Source of the DNA: Nageia nagi
Taxonomy: Eukaryota; Plantae; Pinophyta
NCBI GenBank assembly: GCA_050084985.1
Contig: JBITNC010000001.1
Location: 4,030,001-4,094,000 of the forward strand
DNA: 64,000 nucleotides
Direction: 5' to 3'
Shown here: one piece after another, positions 25,401 through 38,167 of the stretch
How the letters are laid out: the number at the start of each line of letters is the position of its first letter
Numbering within the stretch: the first letter of the stretch is position 1
Position numbers and translations under genes: made by a program
Notes under the pieces: generated by a model
Database searches by the model: none
What the model saw: only the letters and a program-made list of their open reading frames with translations
What the model was told of the DNA's origin: nothing

Positions 25401-28400
25401 TGTTAAGATTTCAACAGTTAAACATTTCAAGAGTTTTTTTCCAGAAGTTGCGTTAGTGGTCAAAGTTCAGTTCATAAAAGTCTTAAGATTTCACTCTCAA
25501 AATAAAATTTAGATATATAGCAATTGCTGTAATTTTAGATTTCATTTCCCAGTTGGAATTGAAGGTTCATATTTGAGATTTACAACAGTTATTCAGAATT
25601 TTAGACTTTTTTAGATTTTCATTTTCTTCTCTTATTATATTGTTCATATCTAGAGTTTGTTCCATATAGTTAATTTCAGTTGCACCATGCTACATTTGAG
25701 CTCTTAACACTTCTATGGAGTTTTATTGTGCTGTCATGGGTGGCTTATATATATGAGTACATTTCATCAAACATGGTCCTTTTTACGCTCATGTAATATT
25801 CCTTACAGTATTGTATATTTATCTAAATTTATCAAGGTATGGTTTCTATTTCTAAGAACTTTAATTACTTGATAAAAGAAATAAAGCACCTTAATCAGAA
25901 TTTATATTTAAGTCTGTATCTTTTGTCTGATAATTATAGTACATATTTTTTCAAGGTCTTTGTCAATCCCTATACTGCTCTCATGCATCAATGAACGGCA
26001 TTTGAAGAAACCTTCACTCCTGGCCTGTAACTTAACAAGCTGTTGATAATGTTTTGATCTATTTTACTCTACAGCATCACCTGGTTTGAGTGATACGCAA
26101 GTTGTAGTAAATGAGACATTGTTTAGTATGCATATGAATGTTTAAAGTTCTTTCGGATTGTTTCTTTGCTTCTGCATTTCTATAACATTTTTTGAGTATG
26201 GTTTCATTGGAATTTTGTTCTTACTTCTTTTCAGGCCTACAAGCGGTCTTAGTAAAGCATCATTTATATCAGGCAATCCGTTGAGTGAAACTGGAAAGAG
26301 CTCACAAGAAGATTGTCTACCTTTTCCTTTGGATGATGACCTACAAGGTCAATTTGGAAGTTTATCTTTTTCCTTGAAAAAAAATACTGAAAGTGTTTAT
26401 AATTCATCTGGATTTGTGGGCACTGGTGTAGTGGCTGAAAGAAATCTGTCTGTGAATTCGGCTATAGGTAAAGACTTGCTTTCTAGAGGCATAGAAGCTG
26501 ATATGGAACGTCATGGCATGTTTCTTAGTAATAAACAAGAAAGAATCACAAACACCGATTTCTTGAAAGTCCCAACAGTTGATGTGGAATGTGAATTGCA
26601 AAACAGTCCTAAAGGTAATTGGTCATGCTTATGCCTGAATTGTTACTAAATAGGCATCTCTAGATAATTTTTCTTAGCATCGTGTTCTGCAACATTTTGG
26701 TTGTATATTTTGTAATCTAGTTTTACTAACTTCTCTGTGATGGCCTTTCCAGAGCTTGACACATTTGATTACATTGATCAAGATTATGTTTTTGTTCCTG
26801 CTACATCAATAGAGCTTTCTTCATCACATACTGCTTCTGGGCCGGGTCAGTTTCCGGATAAATTAGTTGGTTCTCCAATTAAGCAAGTTCATAAGAGTCC
26901 AGCAGTCAGTGCACCAATGCCAATAGTTAGAGCTGCAGTAAACTTTGTAGGCAGTCCTGGAAGTTTTGGGAATTATAGTTCAATACGGTCAGGGACTTCT
27001 CCAGGCTCAGTTGATTTGGTGGATGTATTGGATCAACCATCTGTCCATCCTCGAATAAGGGTTCAATCATTGATGCTGTGTGCCTATGCAATTTCTGAGC
27101 TAGCAAATGAAAAGGTATAACTACTGTGTAGTAATTTGACTTCTGGTTCGGATTTTCCCATTTGTTGGTCACATGATGATATCTTTTGTATGTAAGATTT
27201 TAATAATCAATCCAATGGTCATTAGTATACACCTCTACCTAAGCTATATGACATAACATGCTAGCAATATTTTGATTACCTGTATTTTGTACATCCTTAA
27301 TGACACCAGTAAAACCAGTAATTTAACCTATACTTTTTTTTGGTATTGCTAAGAGAGGTTTTAAAGGATCCTCAAACAATTACAATAGACTGGATGTCTT
27401 CATGATAATGTAGCACAACAGTCTGTTCAAAAGGGAAAACAATTAAACAGCGAAACTTTAGAAGTTCACCCAACAAAAAGGGGGGTTTAAGTCCTTAAAC
27501 AGATACAGTTTGGTGAGAAAGATTGACATAATCAAAACTACCTACAGCAACGAACAAATAAAGCTAATTCAAAAAGAGGACACTCTCAAAGCTGGAAAAT
27601 TATGCGTTAACCCCCTTATGTCTTTTTCCTTGCCCATGGTGATGATATTCCCTTTCCATCAGTGTGTCTAGATTAGAGAAAGGATTTTTACATTTAAAGC
27701 TTCTTAAGTAGTATCTTGTGGAATTCATTATTTCTGGTTGAACTTCATCTACACTGGTACTGTCCTGTAAAGTCTCATAGTCAGCTTCAAGTGCGGCAGA
27801 TTTTTGGCTCTTCTAGCTTTATTTTCTTCTCGTTTCCTGCAATGGAGCTTCTTTGATTGGAGGGTTTCTTGAACTTCCTGTTTTTCATCTGATGCATCTT
27901 GGAAGGTTTCGTTCTCTATCCAAGAAGAGGGGCTGATCATACCTTTAGTGTTATATGGGGCTTCTGTCTTTGTTTCTTTGAATTTGGATCCCATGGGACA
28001 TTTCCTCTTTAGGTGGCCTGATTGTTGGCATCCAAAGCACCGAAGGGTGAGGTTTCATAATCAATTGGTTGAATCCATTCACCATCCTCAAAATGAAGGG
28101 TTATATTCTTTGGGCTTGAAATTGAAACATTCATCCTGGGCCTTACTCGTATTCTTTTGAGCTTAAAATTTTCTTCTGTTTGGTCACCCATATACAAGTA
28201 TGTTCCTATAGCATCCCCAATTTTTGTAGAGTTCTTTTCTCCTCCGAATTTCATAGGTAGGGCGTACAAGTTGATCCAAACAGGAATAAGATCTGCATTT
28301 TCTGTGAGAGGATTAAAACATTTTGTCCAGGGTTTTAAAAAAATTCCTCTTTACCCATAAAACAAGTTACTTCTGACATCTGTAACTTACCATGTAGTTT

Positions 28401-31400
28401 CTATCTTCTATGCAAGAAAATGTTACTGCAAAGTTTTTTTTGGGTAAAAATGTGACTCGAAAATCCTTAGATGTCCAGAGATGACAGAATATCTTTTTTA
28501 CCTCTTCCATAGAGGGTCTTCTCCCTCGTAATCTGCATATGACAGTTTGATCTTCAAAATTGCTCATGTCCAAATAAATGTCGTTCGTAGAAATGCTTAT
28601 CAGGGACTCCATGGTGTCAGCAGATTCACCATTGCTGGGTGCTTTGTCATCTTCACTCTCCTCCATCTCACAGCTGTGGCAGCTAAACCCATTCTGATTT
28701 TCTTGGCCTTGCGAAGATTGGCATTGTTTCTCCTCCCGGGCAATGTCCTTTGACAAAAACCCATCAGAAAAGGGGTTCACACTGTTTCTTTCCTTTTGCC
28801 CTCATGATAATTACCCCACCTCCTGTAGCAGCCAATACCCTCCACCTTGATCATTCAGAGATGACTCCAACCAGAGTCTCACTTTCTACCAACCTCCTCA
28901 TTACCAAAGCTTTTCTCGCTTCCTGACTGCCTACGATGGTGGCTGGAGTCTTCTCCTTGGACATTAGGGTTTCCAGGACATCCACCACCTCCTCAAGAAA
29001 GGCATTTCACTCCATCTTTTTCCGCAGTTACCTCCCGTTGTTCTTATTCTGGTAAATGCCTTCAAATTATTAATTGAAAAATGTCCAGTGGCGTAATTCC
29101 TAAACTTTTGTTTGGATCTCTGAAGGGCAGATATATTTGTGATGAGGTGATAATGACCCAAGAAATAATCAATTCTTTAGTGCAAGTACAAAATCCATGG
29201 TGAAGGCATTTAATCAAGAGCTGTTGATAATTATCCAAGGTAAAATTGATCAACATTAACAATTGCAATGCAAAACTCAATATTTTGTTTGATCATGAAC
29301 CAAATTACCAAATATCTTTTCCGCTTCTTAAGAGGTCCTCTGAATCTTCTTATTCATCATAATGGCCTAATTTTTTCAGCTAAGCTGCACAAATAGTACA
29401 AGTATCATTGCATACACAATAAAATTTAATGCTAATTTGGATCTGGTATAAACTCATATCCAATAAGTGGATAAATATTGTTTCATGCTGCAGCATTACA
29501 AAGGATGCCACAATATTTATGCAGATCCTTATCTCCATGTGGCTGTGTTAAGAACAAAAGTGCATTTATTTGAAAATTGTGCTAATCTTCTTTTAATATC
29601 GAGATTGAAAAATTCAACAATGTTAATCTCCTCTGTAGACCTTGTAGGCTAATCATGTCATGTTTTGCTAGTGCAGGCAAAGTTATCACAGTAAATGGCA
29701 ATGTTGCTTTGCAAGCACTAATCTTCATATTGCCCTTAGCACACATGTTCAAAGGAATATTAGTAGCAATCAATTTTGAGCTGCCAACGTGGTTCAACAT
29801 CTGCTAATACGCATACTATTTATAAACTCTTTTGGCAAGTTTGTATAGTTGATGATTATGAAGGATTCTGATTTATATGTTTTATTACTTCATCACTTAT
29901 CTACTATAACATAACACTTTAGGCCAGAAAAGGAAACTAGCCTGTAGATGTCTTAAATTACAGATGAGTGGCAGAATTTGTTGCTACACAAACTACATTA
30001 AGTCCTGTGTTTTATTAAAGTTTCTCAAGTTTATTGTTTGTCTTTTACATTTAAGCTTCTTTGCACTGCGTGAATAGATCTTAATAATTATTCTTTGCAT
30101 CTACAGCTTAAAGAAGAGAAACAGTTGGAGGCATTTTCACTTCAGCTTGTTTGCTTGGCCATATGGAAGCAGGCTTTGCATGTATGCTATGATTGGGCTT
30201 CCTCTGCAACAGAAGGAAGTTCTTCTCCAGATGCCATCGAAACCAATGATGTTTTGAACAGAAGTGTCAATATTGTGCAGCCATCTGAAGAATTAGACTT
30301 TGAAGGAGCAGCAGTGGCTTGCTCACAAACAGAAAGACAATTTATTATAGCAATTGAGCGTGCTGAAAAGCTTGCTCCATTAGATGGTAAAATTGGATTG
30401 CATTGCTTGCTGTTTGTTTTTACATATTAGTTTGGTAGACTATTCATGTTTAATTAATTTATTCTGTTAGATTAATGTTATATGGAAATGGAAAATCTTG
30501 TGTGCAAATGGAACACCTACTCAAATTAATTCAAGATTAATTTGTTGATTCTATATCACAGTCAATGCAGAGATGCCAGATGCTCTAGAGGCTATATATC
30601 AAGAAGCTCTTCAATCAGGCAGAAAGGGTGCTGTAAGTAGTTTATATCTCCAACGTTTTTTCATAATTGATACATCTTGCACATTACTGATAAAGTTTTA
30701 GAAATTAGAGTTCATACAAGAAAACATCTGTATATATGCTAGAATGCACTGAAGAGAAAATGCCAGTTCCTTATAGACCATTAAGAAATTATATATGGGA
30801 GTGCCTTCCATTATTTATTTGGTTAATACAAATGACTGAAATCTTCCAAAACATGGGAATGCCCATCTGATGAAGTGGGTCATCATAGTTAGGCTTAAGT
30901 TCAAAGGGAATAATGTACATTGGAAAAACTGCTTGTATAGAATGCTTATTGTAGCCATGTCATGATTATGTAAAATGCAATATACATTTTGGACTGAGCA
31001 TTATGTTCCATAATCATAGTGATATAAAAATTAAAAACTATCAAGCTCAAGAACGTCATATGTGGGTTGATAGCTGTTTCATACCTGTGGGAGTCTGTAG
31101 ACAAAACAAAAAATAATGTATTTAAATATATACAATTTATTATGGCTACAGAATGAAAATAGATTAATAGCAAATGTAGGTTTAGACATAGCAAATTGGT
31201 TATTGCAGAAAATGTGAGAAGTTATCGAGAAGATTTATTTAGAGTCCTTGGATTGGAGACAGGCTAGGGAATAGCTTGTGATTTTGGAGGAGAAAGCTTG
31301 GTGTTTTGGAGTGAGCAGGTGATGAATATAAGCAATGCTCAACTGTACTTAACTCTTGGAACTGGTATGGGGTCAACCTGGCTCAAGCACAAATCCCCCA

Positions 31401-34400
31401 CATTTTGGCATAAGATTCCAAGATTCCCAACGTACTGGGATGTGAGGTCTACACCCAAGTTTTTGGATTTGCAAAATAATGAATCATGATGGGCTGCGGT
31501 CGATGTGTCTTGTGAGATTACATGTAAATCTACAACTTGCCTTGCATAATTTCAGCTTTGATAAATTTGATCCATCTTGGAGAAGATGTTAATGCTAAAA
31601 CTGTTGTACTCCCTTATTATAATAGTAGGGGCTATCCCCTTTTGCCCCTTGAATAATAATAGGCAGCTTATGCCTCCTCCCTTTTTCGGGTCATGTTATT
31701 CACTTTCCCACAGAGGTGGGTTCTTATGTTTCAGTATTTCTATAGGTGGCCCTACTGGGGTATGAAGTTTTAAAATATTCTAAGATGTTCCCCATATCTA
31801 TTTAAAATTAGCTTTTGCTTTTGCCTTATTTAGACTTGAGAAGTCTAATTTCGAATTGTGGATTAACATGGGTTGGCTTGCACATAAAATAACACTGAGT
31901 TAGGATTTTTTGCTTGAGTTAGCCCAGAATAGCACAAAGTGGGCCCAAATTAGACCTTTTTAATAAATCAAGTAAATAATCTAAATACAGTCATTTTAGA
32001 GAGTTAAAATACAAATTTTAGTGTCTACAGTTTTCCCTTTTGCGACATGGTTGAGGGAGAGAATTGAAGACCACATTTCAAAATAAAAAGGATATAGAGT
32101 TGCACTCAATTGCCCCTACTAAGATCCTGCAAAACACGTGTAGAATAAAAAGACAGGCTAAGAGCATGGAGGGTCACATTCTTTTAGAGAAAAGAAAATG
32201 ATATTGATTGCCCTGTTTGCTTTGTGGGCTGCATGTGTAGATCTATGCTGAATAGGAAGTTTAGAGCAAAAATATTAGATGAAAAATTGATGAATGTTGT
32301 AGTTGATTTACCTTCATGAATTGTGCTATTTGTGATGAGATAAAGACCTGTTTGATACTTTAGTAAATGAAAATTTTGATTAACTTGGAGAGGATATAGG
32401 AAGTGATAATTCAGAAGAGAATGTTGTTTGTGATGTTTGCTAGATGATTGTGAGACTTGGAGAATTGTTTCCACTTTCTATCGTTGATAGGTATAATAAG
32501 TGTCCACAAATTCCTTGACATATTTTCATGCCTCCCTACAAGAAGTTCCTCTTGGTTCATTGATAAGTGCGAAGGAGGCTTAAGTGACTCCTTTTGGAGT
32601 AGAATGCAACTCATGACGAACTTGACGGAGATTACGCACCCTACCAAGAGTATTTTTCAAGGGATTATGAATTGATTGCTAGGTCCTTGATACTTTTGGA
32701 GAGTTTTGGGTCGGTGGCCTATTTAGTTTGCATATTCTTTAACGAATTTTTGTTGCAAAAAGCTAGGGCATAAAGCATGTTGTGCTTCTAGGCAAAAGAG
32801 TGCCTACTAGCATGTCCTTGTTATCTTTATGGTAAATGATCTCATAATAATTACCCAATTAGTTTGGTCTCATAATCATACCCAATTAGTTTGATGACTC
32901 ACTTTAAATAGTTAGAAGAGGAGATTCTTTGTTCCAAACAATCCTTTAGATAATGATGAATAGTCTTGATATGGAAATACATTCCCAAGAGATACAAGTG
33001 CTAGTGATTAACTACTTGACCAATTTCCATCATTTTCTTCTCATAAGTGGATTTGTCAAGGTTCTTGTCAATCAATGCCTTGCTCGTGAAGGCAAGTGGG
33101 TATCCTTCTTTTATGAGCATTGCTTTAATACCTATCACACATGTGTCACTTTCAATGACAAGTTTCAGTGAAGTTGAGTGTAACAATTGGGTGACATGCA
33201 TATCCTAATAAAAGTGATTTTTTAAAAACTTTTTATTTTTAATGGTTCATAAAAATCTTATTAAGAGGATCGCAATAGCTTTCCCAATAAGGAATTTGTA
33301 TTTTTCGAAAGGGTTATCGTAGCATTGTATTGAAATGATTTTCTTCTTGAGATGATTGTAGTGGGCTAGGTCATGAAAATATTTGCTATATCTCAATATT
33401 GAAATACATACATATCTATAGTTGAGGTCAACAACTCCCACAAACAAACTCTATTATTGGAATTCACAGGATCCATTCTATGTACATGGAATAACTCGAA
33501 TCCCCCCCTCCTTATTCCATAATGTTCCAAATATGGGTGGGTAATACCAAAAAATACTTGATGAGCATAGCCAATAGTTCAACATCACACAAGATAGGAA
33601 TGGGGACATACACATCTATTCTTGACAAGTAATAGTAGAACTAGCCTCACTACGCTTTTTCAATAGGATTAAACTATTGGATTTTTATCCAAGGATAAGG
33701 ACAAATACATCTACCCATGGAACCAAGGATAGGGAGAAACACTTCTATCTGAGGTCACACTACAAAATTGGATAGGTAAAAACACTTCTATCCAACATCA
33801 AAGTTATGAACATGGACACACACACATTTGTTCATAAAGCCTATGATTAAGGACAAACACATCCAATCATAATCATCAACTACGGTTGGGGACAAACACA
33901 TCCAATCACCAACATTCAACAAATGTGATTGGGAACAAACACATCCAATCACAAATACAAACTCTAGATTTAGAAGATAAATTCCTCGTCACTACTCTTG
34001 TGTGGAGGGTCTTCCATAACTGCTTCAAAGAGACATTCTTCATCATCCCCTATAGCAAATACTTTTTCTGTATTCACTTACCATCAAGAAGATCCTTGGC
34101 ATGTTGAAGGCATTTCATAATAATGTGCCCCTTTTGCTTCATGTAGTAGCACAAAATTTTGTCCTTGGAGAACTACTTTCCCTTTGCGGTAGAAGAGTTG
34201 GATCTGAAGGAAGGATTATATTTATTTTTGACAAGCATTGCAGTTTCCTCTATAGTCGAATCTTCTTTCTTGGCTCCTTCATCAATCAAGGTAGAAATTA
34301 TAGCTTCTAGGGTGATGTCTATTTTGTTCAATGTGAAGACAATATTATCATAGCTAGGGAACATGCTATTCAACAAAATAGCTTTTATATCATCATCATC

Positions 34401-37400
34401 TTCCTTGGATTTTATCCCAACTAGTTGATTGTTGATTCGACAAGGAGTGAAACTTATTGATGTGTTACGCAAAATTGTCTCCTTCCATCATTTTTAGCCC
34501 AAATATTTTTTGTTTCAAGCCCATTTTGGTACTTGGTGCTTGTGTTCCAAACAAAACGTTTTTACCAGCCCACACTTTCTTCGAGGTCTTCGAGAAGTCA
34601 ATGTGATGAAGATATGCATTGACAATCCAAGACCAATCAAAGTTGTTGCCCTTCGATCTTTTGTTGTCCACTTTGAGATTCCATCAGCATTATACAGTTT
34701 GATGTAGTTCCACCCACTACTTCCCATAGATCCTTTTCAATAAGGATCAACTGGAGCTTGACTTGCCAAGTATGAAAGTCATGCCCTTATAAATTTTCAA
34801 ACGAAAATGTGCTTGTTCTCTCCATCCTTAAAAATATCTTACTCAATCAAAACACTACTCAATGGTGTTGGGTTCCACCAATAATGCACCTAGAAATTTT
34901 TTACCAATTGACTATGACATCAATAGAACCAAAAACATAAAATAGATAACTTTGACGTACGACAAATCTCATAACTCCCTAAAAGTAAACCAACGTTTCT
35001 CCTTTTATATTTTTAAATTCAAATAATAAACTTTTTACTAATCATTTTAAAAAAGAACTAACTTTGTGCAAATATTTGAAAAAAATAAAATAACTTAAGA
35101 CCTTATATTTGAACCTGTGACTTAATAGATAAGCGAAGGATGCTATGACCACTATAACAAACTCCTTAGGTTTGACCAATATTAGGAGGTCATTATCGAT
35201 TGCAAAAGAAAGCTCTACGCTTTCTTCATCTAGAAGAATTGAGCACCCATTATGCATAGTCTCTCATGGCATCCAAATGAAATGCATTTGTTGCAGCTCA
35301 TGGGATAGCTAGATCATATGTCAATTGATGGTCGTGGGTGCCAACTGAGCTTGTGCAGGAAGAAAACACGTCAAGGGAAGTGGACAAGGTCGACAGGTAT
35401 TGCAACACCTATGTCATCAAGATCTTCTCTTCTTATTTGATTTAGACTCTCTGCATCGTCTATGGCTGACTACTCTTACGGGGTCAAGACATGGACCCTT
35501 GTATGTTTGTTGGCACTGTCTTGCATTTTAACTTGCAGTCTCTAGTGCAGATTTCAGAGCATCTTCAGCAGAACCAGTAGAAACAACACATGCTGTCTTC
35601 ACATTCACATCAAGATCAGTTGCAGGTTTATTGAGAAATACAACTCTGGCACTGGTGGAGGTTTTGCGCAAGGACAACAATGGCATACTCCTTCCACCAG
35701 CAGAACAGTGATGACGCAAGGCAAATGCAATGCTCTTTAACTTCTCATTCTACGCCAGCAGAATGGTGATGGCGTATTCCTTCCTCCACACGACAGAAAG
35801 AGATGCATCTTCTCTGATAACATGGAAACATTTGCTATATCTTGATACTGAAATACATACATATTTATAATTTTATAGTTGAGGAAGTTTGTTAACAAAC
35901 TTCTCAGCAACTCCCACAAACAGACTCTATAATTGGAACTCATAGGATCCATTCTACGTCCATATGGAATAACTAACAGGTCGTTAATAAGTAATTTTGG
36001 ACCTTTGAATTTGTTTTTTTATGGTCTACTAGTTCACATAGTAAAATGAACAAGGTAAGCAAGGTGCTGCTAAGGTGAGGAGTATGTGTTTTTCATGTTT
36101 CTTTGATATATGTTGGGAATCGATGAAATAGTACTTGCCCCAATATTTCGAAGTATTAGTCAAGGAGGAAGTCTCTTGTGCTTCTGACTCTACTATCTGC
36201 TTTAGTCAAGGAGGAAGACTCTTGTGCTTGTGACTATACTATCCGCTTTTTCTATAGTACATGAAGGTGATCTTCCTAGGTGTTGTTCTAAAGGCAAACA
36301 AGCTTTTGATGGCTAAAGCTAATTTTCAGGTAAATTCCTTTGGAATCTTCCTATATATGTATGGTACATGAGTTCAAAATCGTCTATGGTTTTTGTTTGA
36401 GGCTTGGGTACTGGTGCATAATTTTCGCATGTCACTTCACAAACAGTTTTATAGGCTGACATCCTTGGCCAATAATGACATTCTTTATGATATTTTAAAA
36501 CCCTGTGGTATAGGGTTTCTAACCTAATGGCTTATGTGGAAAGGGGAGAAAAAGAAAGTGAACTGAAAGTGGGCAAAAAAGAAAATTTTACACATATATT
36601 CAGGCCTTGGAAAGAGCTTTGATAGCATTTAGTATGAATCTACAAGATGAGGGTTTCTAATCCTCAGTTTTCTCCGCCAAGATCTAGGGACTTTAGGTAC
36701 TTGGCTGATATATTTGCCTTGGAAGCTTTTAGTGTGAACCTGCACAAGTCGGTTGTAAATAGAATTCTTGCACAGAAGACGAAAATAATTAGTAGGAACA
36801 ATATCAAATTACCATAAACAATAGATTGCAAAGGAGGAAAACTAAGAATAGTTAAAGAAAGAAAATAATAGTAATGGCAATATGCAGTTCATTTTATATT
36901 ACAGGCGGCCTCTTTGACGGGGTAACCTACCAATGAGAAAACTTAAATATAATTTACATGCTACTTCTTAGCTTGCATACATGACCTCATATAATGGAAA
37001 CGTTTCAGTTAGCATATTCTTACACACTTTTCTTTACACTTGTTCTTTATTTCCTAATATAATTATTCTATCACAGCCTTTATTTTCTTACACTCACATA
37101 GTCCCTTATTCCCTTACAATAGCATGTACATGTGTGCCCTCACATTCCCTTACAAAGTTGAATGACATGTGATCTAGAGTGGGCACATAACAGAAGATTG
37201 GAGGCCTTAGAGACATGAAGTAGAAGATCCTTTGACTGATTAACCATGTGTTGTCACCAATTACATCACATCCTTCACTTACTGAATGGAATTGTTGTCA
37301 ATTGCCAATATCGACCCAGTTACATTGCCTGCCAGTTTTACCCATCATACGATTTAGATGTTGAAAGTACATCAGTTTAATGCACCAGACAAGAGTATGC

Positions 37401-38167
37401 TACAGGCTGTGATGATCATGAACCTTGGCAGCAATATTGGCTAATTATAATTATTAAAGACAGTTTTGGTATAATTCCATATAAGTCGTGTAAATTATGT
37501 TATTGTAAATACTTTCAGGCATCCATTAGTTTTAATATAATATTTTCTTTTTCAAGCAAAAAAGTGAATATTGCTTGTCAATAATAGCACCAGCACAATT
37601 ATCCGAGTACAACATTTATTTCAAGCTTGAGATAAGAATAGAATCTGCTGATACGATTGAGCTATGCATATTCCAAGAACCACTTAATGCTGGCAAATCT
37701 AGTAGCTATAGATGGATAAATGTATGCTTTACAAGAATATTACAATCAAGGTCTTTTGGCATTCCTAATATTATCAGAGCTTACACTGTTCACAGAGCTC
37801 GATTATTTATTCTGATAATTTTTTTTTTTCAGAAAACCTTCTATACGTAAGTTTCCCTAGATGGATAATTATGCTAGCTTCTCATCTGTTTGGTTTACTT
37901 ATTCAACTATGTATATGTTGGAACTCTGTACTATAGGTGGATGAGCTAATGGGTAATGTGATCGAAGCAGCAAGTTTGTATTCAAAATCTGCAACGTTGT
38001 TCCGCTTTCTTCTAGTTGAAGCAACATCTCTGACACTGAGCCCTCCATTCTTGCTCAGTAATTCTGATCGGCAACGTATTCGCCGCTACATTGATGCCAT
38101 AACAATCAGACTCGGCCAATGCAGTACACACAGGACGAGCTGCCCACAAGGCCTACAAAGTGTGTAA
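13325..38167 (+). CDS. ATG1: Serine/threonine kinase ATG1, 3' part: join(13325-13406,26235-26614,26753-27114,30107-30386,30562-30632,37937-38167); 5' kinase exons are outside the window
   Basis: End of kinase domain ERLTFEEFFNH; SSQEDCLPF; IDQDYV; C-terminal MIT-like region LEAFSLQLVCLAIWKQALHVC, EMPDALEAIYQEALQSGRKGA/VDELMGN...LYSK...FLLVEA...L..PF.L..SDRQR. All introns are GT-AG with compatible phases (2,1,0,1,0). Confidence 0.92.
14177..15800 (-). mobile_element. L1-type LINE derivative containing only ORF1 (DUF4283 + zinc knuckle) and a short poly(A) tail
   Basis: MRPWRPGFD...PVWINLYTLSFEFW; IEYENYSIRCLACQKLGH; T6 at 14177-14182; no EN/RT seen; 5' boundary approximate. Confidence 0.7.
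16842..17632 (-). mobile_element. Probable old solo LTR
   Basis: TGTTATTGTCC...GGGGCCACAACA imperfect terminal inverted repeat; flanks TTGGA/TCAAA differ only by transitions. Confidence 0.4.
18862..22049 (-). pseudogene. Degenerate ~1060-codon TE accessory protein: conserved N-terminal domain, S/E/K-rich linker with basic NLS-like patch, coiled-coil-like C-terminus
   Basis: Successive minus-strand ORFs 21501-21875, 21193-21600, 20686-21180, 19880-20611, 19478-19774, 18862-19497 tile one protein; ATG at 22049; CCTATAAATAC ~225 bp upstream. Confidence 0.7.
22420..23255. repeat. Array of ~8 palindromic motifs AAAAGACAA-GATT-TTGTCTTTT
   Basis: Copies near 22423, 22640, 22709, 22856, 22997, 23110, 23172, 23231. 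Confidence 0.85.
26235..26614 (+). CDS. ATG1: ATG1 exon
   Basis: ttttcag|GCCTACA...SSQEDCLPFPLDDD...CCTAAAG|gtaatt. Confidence 0.88.
26753..27114 (+). CDS. ATG1: ATG1 exon
   Basis: Branch point TACTAAC, ttccag|AGCTTGAC; IDQDYVFV...AISELANEK|gtataa. Confidence 0.88.
27334..29050 (-). mobile_element. Second L1-type ORF1-only LINE derivative with poly(A) tail, in an ATG1 intron
   Basis: DUF4283-like frames 28367-28780 and 28009-28269; WIQPIDYE followed by frameshifted RCFGCQQSGHLKRKCP; T8 at 27334-27341; no ORF2; 5' boundary approximate. Confidence 0.72.
30107..30386 (+). CDS. ATG1: ATG1 exon (C-terminal domain)
   Basis: ctacag|CTTAAAG; LEAFSLQLVCLAIWKQALHVC; GATG|gtaaaa. Confidence 0.9.
30562..30632 (+). 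CDS. ATG1: ATG1 exon
   Basis: tcacag|TCAATGCAGAGATGCCAGAT = (V)NAEMPDALEAIYQEALQSGRKGA|gtaagt. Confidence 0.9.
31200..32029 (-). repeat. Degenerate LTR fragment starting TGTAGACAC
   Basis: Terminus AAATTTTAGTGTCTACA like those at 12059 and 45750, followed by pyrimidine tract GTTTTCCCTTT (PPT on minus strand); left boundary approximate. Confidence 0.4.
32950..33201 (-). pseudogene. Ty3/gypsy RNase H fragment
   Basis: VIESDTCVIGIKAMLIKEGYPLAFTSKAL...STYEKKMM matches the gypsy RH consensus (ECDASG.GIGAVL.Q.G.PIAF.SK.L...STYEKE). Confidence 0.7.
33370..35978 (-). mobile_element. Non-autonomous copia-derived LTR element with gag only (TR-GAG-like)
   Basis: Direct repeats ~33372-33496 and ~35821-35978 (CAACTCCCACAAACA.ACTCTAT.ATTGGAA.TCA.AGGATCCATTCTA); C-rich PPT complement at ~33502; copia gag remnants 34080-34800 (FHTWQVKLQLILIEKDLW, AILLNSMFPSYD); no pol; left end uncertain. 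Confidence 0.55.
37937..38167 (+). CDS. ATG1: ATG1 terminal exon
   Basis: ctatag|GTGGATGAG; VDELMGN...AASLYSK...SDRQRIRRYI...TAA. Confidence 0.92.
   Translation: MDELMGNVIEAASLYSKSATLFRFLLVEATSLTLSPPFLLSNSDRQRIRRYIDAITIRLGQCSTHRTSCPQGLQSV

Noticed and set aside
23700-25500. Possible DNA-transposon coding remnants
   Set aside because: No motif or terminal repeat I could identify with confidence
35528-35800. GC-richer, exon-like stretch in the last ATG1 intron
   Set aside because: Flanking ATG1 exons join cleanly (GRKGA|VDELMG), no recognisable protein, and it lies within the LTR region of the gag-only element
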